Of a stretch of 64,000 nucleotides of DNA, positions 58,378 through 64,000 are shown one piece after another. Position 1 is the first letter of the stretch, and the number at the start of each line of letters is the position of its first letter. Source of the stretch: a virus; IMG/VR virus record IMGVR_UViG_3300034107_000273, positions 32,001-96,000 of that record; one strand, written 5' to 3'. Under the pieces are notes generated by a model. It did no database searches, was not told the origin of the DNA, and worked only from the letters and a program-made list of their open reading frames with translations. The position numbers and the translations under genes were made by a program.

Positions 58378-58644
58378 ATGACAATTCAAGACTGGGCTTC
58401 GTTAATTGTAGCAATTCTTACAATTGTCTCATCATTTGGTTTAGCTGTTAGATGGCTTGTAAAACATTACCTAAGCGAACTTAAACCAAATTCTGGATCA
58501 AGCTTAAGAGACCAGGTTAATAGACTTGAACATTCTTTAGACGAACAAAGAATTGACTCTATTGAATCTAGAAATCGTCAAGAGTCAAAGCTTGATGAGA
58601 TGTATAAAATATTAATTGAGCATATTGCTAAAACTGACAAGTAA
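58378..58644 (+). CDS. Membrane protein (holin-like)
   Basis: TM segment plus LKPNSGSSLRD. Confidence 0.55.
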   Translation: MTIQDWASLIVAILTIVSSFGLAVRWLVKHYLSELKPNSGSSLRDQVNRLEHSLDEQRIDSIESRNRQESKLDEMYKILIEHIAKTDK

Positions 58645-58958
58645 CCTAATTTTCCTATTTTCCTTATATATAATATATTAACTATCTTTTAAAAACCTAT
58701 ATTAGATATACTTCTTTTCTTTATATATTTTAAGTATACACTACCGTTTTGAGTTATTCAACTTGAAGTTCAAAAAAAGTTTATAACAATTCTGTAACAA
58801 TTCCAAATACCCTGGCCTTATAACTTTTTGTTATACTATATGTCCACTTTGTCTATATTTATATAAACAATGTTATAATTTAAGTCTGCTAGTACTCAGG
58901 TTCTAACCCACCCCACTGCGCCTGAGTACTAGCTTTATTTTATGGTATAATCAATGAT

Positions 58959-59375
58959 ATGTGTACACCAACAATGGAAAAATTTGGAGCAACCCCAGCA
59001 AATATTCAGTGGGCCGTTGTCCGTGGAGATTATGCTTCTTTTACTGTTTCTTTTCTTGAAAATGATGAAGTTACAGAGTTTGATACAGACGGATGGCAAT
59101 TTTCTGCTACCGCATATGATCCAACAACAGATGTACTTGACGAACTAGATGTTTTAGTTGATGGTTCAGTAATTACTGTAAGCGCTCCAGCACTTATAAC
59201 TGAAAATTGGGGAATAAAGTACAGGTCGGTAGTAGCAGAATTGCTATTTGACCTACAGGCATTAATACCAGATGGCAATTCTACAATTACTTGGACTCCA
59301 GTAATAGGCACAATTTGTGTACTTGGAGATGTTTCTCCAGGCACTGCAAGAAGTACTATTGGTGGTTTATCTTAA
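58959..59375 (+). CDS. BppU-like structural protein
   Basis: VRGD...FDLQ...GTICVLGDV. Confidence 0.55.
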   Translation: MCTPTMEKFGATPANIQWAVVRGDYASFTVSFLENDEVTEFDTDGWQFSATAYDPTTDVLDELDVLVDGSVITVSAPALITENWGIKYRSVVAELLFDLQALIPDGNSTITWTPVIGTICVLGDVSPGTARSTIGGLS

Positions 59376-59462
59376 ATGATAATTAAAATTAAGGACACCA
59401 ATCCAAAACTTCCACCATTGATAAAAGTTAATGGGACTGTTTTCAAAGTAAAGAAATAACCA

Positions 59463-60200
59463 ATGGCCATATCAAAAAATATGGATGCTCCAAAAACCAG
59501 ATATTCTGAAGCAGTAAAATCAACCAAAAGCATAGAGGCTAACAATACTGAGTATATAGCCGTGCCAGGAATACAGGGAGAAAAAGGTGAGGTAGGCCCC
59601 GCAGGACCACAAGGACCTCAAGGCCCAAGAGGAGAGCGTGGTATTCCTGGAAAAGATGGTAAAGAAGGACCAAAAGGCCCTAAAGGTGATCCTGGTAAGG
59701 GCGGTGGAGAGGGTTACGAAAGTTCATCAGGTCAATATCCAGGATGGGCATATTATCAAAACAAAAATAAAAAACCATTATTTTTAGGCCCTGATAGAGG
59801 TCATGATGGTTGGGTAAATATTTTTATGGATGATGATGCAGATAATAATATTTTAAGATTTCTTCCAAAAGGCTCAGTTTCACTTTGGAATTCAGTGACA
59901 CAAAGAATCAACCTAAAGGGTTTAAAAGCAGGATCTATTATAACAATTCGTTATGATATTACTTTAAGCACATTTAACAATAATACAGAGGTTTGGTTTA
60001 GGACAGTTACCCCAGACCTTTCATATGGGCCTACGACTTTGGTTGGCAACTTAAAATATCAGTTTGAATACGACCTATCCCTAGAACATACATTTTTTGT
60101 AGAAAATGAAAAAATGAAAAACCTAGGTGCATACTCACAGGTCCTTACTGATAATGAGTCTTCAATGATCGTTAAGTCTATGTATATAAATATTCTTTAA
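59463..60200 (+). CDS. Collagen-repeat protein
   Basis: About 14 G-X-Y triplets and a globular C-domain. Confidence 0.8.
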   Translation: MAISKNMDAPKTRYSEAVKSTKSIEANNTEYIAVPGIQGEKGEVGPAGPQGPQGPRGERGIPGKDGKEGPKGPKGDPGKGGGEGYESSSGQYPGWAYYQNKNKKPLFLGPDRGHDGWVNIFMDDDADNNILRFLPKGSVSLWNSVTQRINLKGLKAGSIITIRYDITLSTFNNNTEVWFRTVTPDLSYGPTTLVGNLKYQFEYDLSLEHTFFVENEKMKNLGAYSQVLTDNESSMIVKSMYINIL

Positions 60201-60270
60201 AATAAAAATGTAAAATTAATATAATTGTCTGTATGTTTAAAATGTGTTATTTTGTGGTATACTTATGAAC

Positions 60271-61350
60271 ATGAGCGCCCAGAAACCTAATTCCATTGAT
60301 TCTTCAACAAAGTCAGCGCCACTTGCACCTACAATAGGAACAGCAACAAATGTTGGAACTGGTCGTGCCTATAATAATGGTTCTGCAACAATTACATTTA
60401 CTGCACCTACATTTGATGGAAAACTACCAATCACTTCTTATACTGTAACATCTAGCACTGGTGGATTTACAGCATCTGGTGCTTCATCTCCATTAACTGT
60501 AACAGGTCTTGCTTCTGGTACAGCATATACATTTACAGTAACTGCTACTAATGCAGTTGGCACAAGTCCTGCTTCTGCAGCATCCAATAGCATTACTGCA
60601 ACTACTGTTCCACAGGCTCCAACTATTGGAACTCCAACAGTTGCTACTGGTCAGGCTTATAGTGGATCTGCTTCTGTATCTGTTCCATTTACCACTAACG
60701 CAACTGGTGGTTCTACTATTACTAGTTATACAGTTACATCTTCATCAGGAAATACTGCTTCTGGTTCATCTTCTCCTATTTTAGTATCTGATACTGTAGG
60801 AACTGCTCGTACTTATACAGTTACCGCCACAAATGCAAATGGAACATCTACTGCCTCTTCTGCTAGTTCTTCTGTTACACCTTCTTCTGTTCCACAGGCT
60901 CCTACAATTGGTACCGCTACTGGTGGCGCAAGTGGTGTTGTGTCAGTACCTTTTACAGCTAACGCAACTGGTGGTTCTTCAGTTACTGGATTTACTGCGA
61001 CATCTTCTTCTGGACGTACTGCTTCAGGAGCTTCTTCTCCAATTCCGTTTACAGAAATTTCTGCTGGAACTTATACTTATACAGTTAGAGCAACAAATGC
61101 AAATGGTAACTCTGCAGCATCTGCTGCAAGTAATTCTGTAGTGTCAACATTTGGTCCGTTCTTCCCACCGTTCTTCCCATTCTTCCCACCATTCTTTCCA
61201 CCTTTCTTTCCATTTTTCCCATTCTTCCCACCGTTCTTCCCACCGTTCTTCCCAACATTTGGTCCATTCTTCCCACCTACATTTGGTCCATTCTTCCCAC
61301 CGTTCTTCCCATTCTTCCCTCCAAGATTTGGTGGCGGTGGAGCAGTCTAA
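60271..61350 (+). CDS. Triple-FN3 protein with (Pro-Phe-Phe)n C-terminal tail
   Basis: Three VPQAPTIG...YTVTATNANG repeats; 13 PFF units. Confidence 0.8.
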   Translation: MSAQKPNSIDSSTKSAPLAPTIGTATNVGTGRAYNNGSATITFTAPTFDGKLPITSYTVTSSTGGFTASGASSPLTVTGLASGTAYTFTVTATNAVGTSPASAASNSITATTVPQAPTIGTPTVATGQAYSGSASVSVPFTTNATGGSTITSYTVTSSSGNTASGSSSPILVSDTVGTARTYTVTATNANGTSTASSASSSVTPSSVPQAPTIGTATGGASGVVSVPFTANATGGSSVTGFTATSSSGRTASGASSPIPFTEISAGTYTYTVRATNANGNSAASAASNSVVSTFGPFFPPFFPFFPPFFPPFFPFFPFFPPFFPPFFPTFGPFFPPTFGPFFPPFFPFFPPRFGGGGAV

Positions 61351-61415
61351 ACGGTATCCTGAATAATACAAATATATTCCATATGATATACTTGTTTTAA
61401 ACAGGGGGTAACAAA

Positions 61416-62129
61416 ATGAACTCTTATGACGAAAATTCAAACGAGTGGTTTACAAAAGATCGTTCAGAGACATCATCCAATAGATCTAGTATCAGAGAGA
61501 TAAACTACAATATCTCAGTAGAAAATCCAGCTCTTGGATTAAATATTTATAAAAATACATTCTCTGCTACAGATGCAAATAGGTATATAGACATTCTTGA
61601 GTCTAACCTATCAGGAGATAAAAAATATAAATGGTCAGAAGCACAAGTTACCAACTCTACAGTTCCGATTAAAAAAGCACGAGACTGTGTAGACTTTAAA
61701 TATAAACAAGAAAACCTGGGTGCGAGAGATGAAAACAATTCTGAACTCTTAGATCTTCATCAAGAAATATATGAAAAGCTAAAGTTTTGTATAGACGATT
61801 ATGCAAGGTACTGGGGAATTAATGTTGTATATTACGAAGCCTTTAACTTTGTAAAGTATGAAGGAGAAGGAACCCACTTTAATATTCATGCAGACCACGG
61901 ACCAGCATATAACTGTACAGTGTCTGCTGTTATCTATATTAACGATGATTACGAGGGTGGCGAGATTAAGTTCCCAAGACTTGACAACTATGTTCATAAA
62001 CCAAGAGTAGGAGATATAGCGGTTTTCCCATCTAACTATATATATGAGCATGCATCACTTCCTATGAAGTCTGGAACAAAGTATTGTGTTGTTGTTATGA
62101 CAGATATCAATGAATTGGGACACAAGTAA
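61416..62129 (+). CDS. 2OG-Fe(II) oxygenase (P4H-like)
   Basis: HAD, YINDDYEGG, FPSNYIYEH, GTKY. Confidence 0.88.
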   Translation: MNSYDENSNEWFTKDRSETSSNRSSIREINYNISVENPALGLNIYKNTFSATDANRYIDILESNLSGDKKYKWSEAQVTNSTVPIKKARDCVDFKYKQENLGARDENNSELLDLHQEIYEKLKFCIDDYARYWGINVVYYEAFNFVKYEGEGTHFNIHADHGPAYNCTVSAVIYINDDYEGGEIKFPRLDNYVHKPRVGDIAVFPSNYIYEHASLPMKSGTKYCVVVMTDINELGHK

Positions 62130-62899
62130 TGTCTTTAGTTGCTATATTTAGATCCTTTAGGCCATGGATTAACAAAGATAGCAAGTCTACTCCTACATCA
62201 ACTCAAAATGAAATACCTCAATGGTATAAGGATGCTGATAGATTTGCAAAAAATGAATTAACTGGTGAGTACTATAAAGCACCAAAAGAGGTTTGCCCAT
62301 TTCCAAAAGAAGGAACACAGGATGACTATGGAAAGATTCCAACATGGAAAGCGTGTCCAGCAATCATGGATGCATTTTTAACTGGATATGTATTAAAGAC
62401 TCCTTGTGATCTTATATTTTTTAAAAATGAAAATGGATCAATAGATGTTAGAATTGATGATGAAAAACATTTAGATTTTTGTAGCAAAAGATTTGCAATG
62501 CCACAATTTGAACATCCAAAAGGTTTTTATAAAGATCACTTTGCATGGTATCCAGACTGGGGATTAGAGTTGCCAGAAGGATATAGCGCAATCTATATGA
62601 CTCCAATGAATAGATTTGATTTACCATTTATGAATACAACTGGAATTATTGATAATGATAGTGTTCATCTTTTAGGGACAATACCCTTTTTTATTCCAGA
62701 GGGATGGGAAGGAACTATTCCAGCAGGAACTCCTTATGTACAAATAATTCCATTTAAGAGAGAAAACTGGTATCATGAACTAGAATATTTAAATCATAAA
62801 GATATGTATGATAGAATGATATCAAATGCAAGTTTTTACCGTCAGCCTGATGGCGGTGTATATAAGAATAAGGTTTGGACTAGAAGAGAATATAAATAG
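62129..62899 (+). CDS. DUF6065-like hypothetical protein
   Basis: TWKACPAIMDAFLTGY, GTPYVQIIPFKRE. Confidence 0.6.
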   Translation: MSLVAIFRSFRPWINKDSKSTPTSTQNEIPQWYKDADRFAKNELTGEYYKAPKEVCPFPKEGTQDDYGKIPTWKACPAIMDAFLTGYVLKTPCDLIFFKNENGSIDVRIDDEKHLDFCSKRFAMPQFEHPKGFYKDHFAWYPDWGLELPEGYSAIYMTPMNRFDLPFMNTTGIIDNDSVHLLGTIPFFIPEGWEGTIPAGTPYVQIIPFKRENWYHELEYLNHKDMYDRMISNASFYRQPDGGVYKNKVWTRREYK

Positions 62900-62907
62900 G
62901 GGGAAAT

Positions 62908-63564
62908 ATGAATACTTGGACAGAGAAGGTAAATTTTGGTAATGGAATTGTTTGTTATCGTAATGTAATTAATTCTGATATCAAAGTTATAGAAAGACTT
63001 GAGGCTAACTTAAAGCCAGAAGGAGACAAAACGGGCTACAGCTGGTTGCCAGCGTATGTAGGCTATGGTGATTTAATGCCAGAATACAGAGATTGCAATG
63101 ACTTTAAGTTTAAAAAAACAGACCTTCAATATGATAAAAGTGAAACATCTGTAAATCTTCAAAGCCTATGGCAAGATGTTTATGATGTTCAGTTCCCAGC
63201 AGTTGAAGACTATAGAAGAGACTATAACATTATGGATCTTAGATACTGGGAGGCTTTTAACTTTATCAAGTATGGCCCAGGACAACATTTTCAAGAACAT
63301 CATGATCACGGGTTCTCATACAACTGTACTGTGTCACTTGTAGCATATCCAAATGATGACTATGAGGGTGGAGAACTATACTTTAGATTACAAGATTTAA
63401 AGATTAAGCCACAAGCTGGAGACCTATACATATTTCCATCTAATTTTATGTATCCTCATAAAGCTATGCCAGTTTTATCTGGAACAAAGTATTCAATAGT
63501 TACAATGCTTGATTACAACAAAAAGTTCCATACTCCAGAAATGTATGAGCCAGACAAAGAATAA
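62908..63564 (+). CDS. 2OG-Fe(II) oxygenase (P4H-like)
   Basis: HHD, YPNDDYEGG, FPSNFMYPH; paralog of 61416. Confidence 0.88.
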   Translation: MNTWTEKVNFGNGIVCYRNVINSDIKVIERLEANLKPEGDKTGYSWLPAYVGYGDLMPEYRDCNDFKFKKTDLQYDKSETSVNLQSLWQDVYDVQFPAVEDYRRDYNIMDLRYWEAFNFIKYGPGQHFQEHHDHGFSYNCTVSLVAYPNDDYEGGELYFRLQDLKIKPQAGDLYIFPSNFMYPHKAMPVLSGTKYSIVTMLDYNKKFHTPEMYEPDKE

Positions 63565-64000
63565 TGATAAACATAATTGCTGAAAAAGTAAAAGGATCTC
63601 ATATAAACGTTACACCAATGTCTATAAAAAGAGATTGGATGGATGAAACTCCAGAAAAGCACGCATATAGGTGTTTTCCAGTAACACAAGCAAATATGAT
63701 AGGTTGGACGCTATCTTGTGATATTGACATTAAGTTTATTTGGAATGGAGTAAATGATACATCCTCAGAAAATGTAAAAATTTTAGAAGGTGGTGACATT
63801 GTTTACACTGGTAGAGGTCAGTCTAGTGTAAGCTTTACAACTGGTCTGGTTTTTAAATCACCAGAAAACATAAGCCTTCTTGCTATTAATCCATCCAACT
63901 ACTTTAATAAAGACTTTGAAACCATATCTTCTCTAATCAGTACTTCTTGGTATGATAATGATTTTCCATTAGCAATAAAAGCACTCACTCCAAATAAAGA
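63564..64000 (+). CDS. DUF6065-like protein (3' truncated)
   Basis: RDWMD...HAYRCFPVTQANMIGW. Confidence 0.65.
   Translation, partial: MINIIAEKVKGSHINVTPMSIKRDWMDETPEKHAYRCFPVTQANMIGWTLSCDIDIKFIWNGVNDTSSENVKILEGGDIVYTGRGQSSVSFTTGLVFKSPENISLLAINPSNYFNKDFETISSLISTSWYDNDFPLAIKALTPNK

Noticed and set aside
61144-61440. WEE-repeat and SSH-repeat ORFs, or a CRISPR-like repeat
   Set aside because: Shadow frames of the PFF tail; variation falls at third codon positions of the PFF frame and there are no spacers
1-64000. Stop-codon reassignment or prophage state
   Set aside because: Core genes are intact under code 11 and no suppressor tRNA, integrase or host flank was seen

Overview
64 kb of a large, AT-rich, apparently lytic tailed phage (Caudoviricetes) of Actinomycetota. 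Host evidence: a WhiB gene, many leaderless TANNNT promoters and actinobacterial regulator boxes. The gene set resembles freshwater low-GC actinophages. Left to right: end of an FN3-rich tail/fibre gene; replication and recombination block (DnaB, primase, SSB, DnaE, MazG, RecA, Cas4-like, RuvC-like); terminase; secreted/surface proteins; accessory genes (Ntn peptidase, Hsp20, PstS, CHAP lysin, nuclease, thioredoxin, WhiB); a glycosylation cluster; 4 tRNAs; a repeat-rich non-coding stretch; an early/host-takeover-like region of small genes with a fifth tRNA (about 42.3-55.9 kb, diverging at about 55.06 kb); then structural-type genes ending in an FN3 protein with a (Pro-Phe-Phe)n tail followed by 2OG-Fe(II) hydroxylases. 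No integrase, CRISPR array or intein was seen. The strongest unexplained signal is the regulatory architecture of the early region. It is cut into 0.85-2.9 kb units by ten copies of CCCGAG/CTCGGG. Most units are driven by promoters matching the actinobacterial PafBC (RecA-NDp) DNA-damage promoter (TGTCAG-N10-TANNNT, 11 exact copies). Upstream sit helically phased CRP boxes, fixed-position GACAC (WhiA-like) motifs and DnaA-box pairs, and several transcripts end in a covarying compact H-type RNA pseudoknot. All motif counts were made by eye and protein calls rest on motif recognition, not searches.
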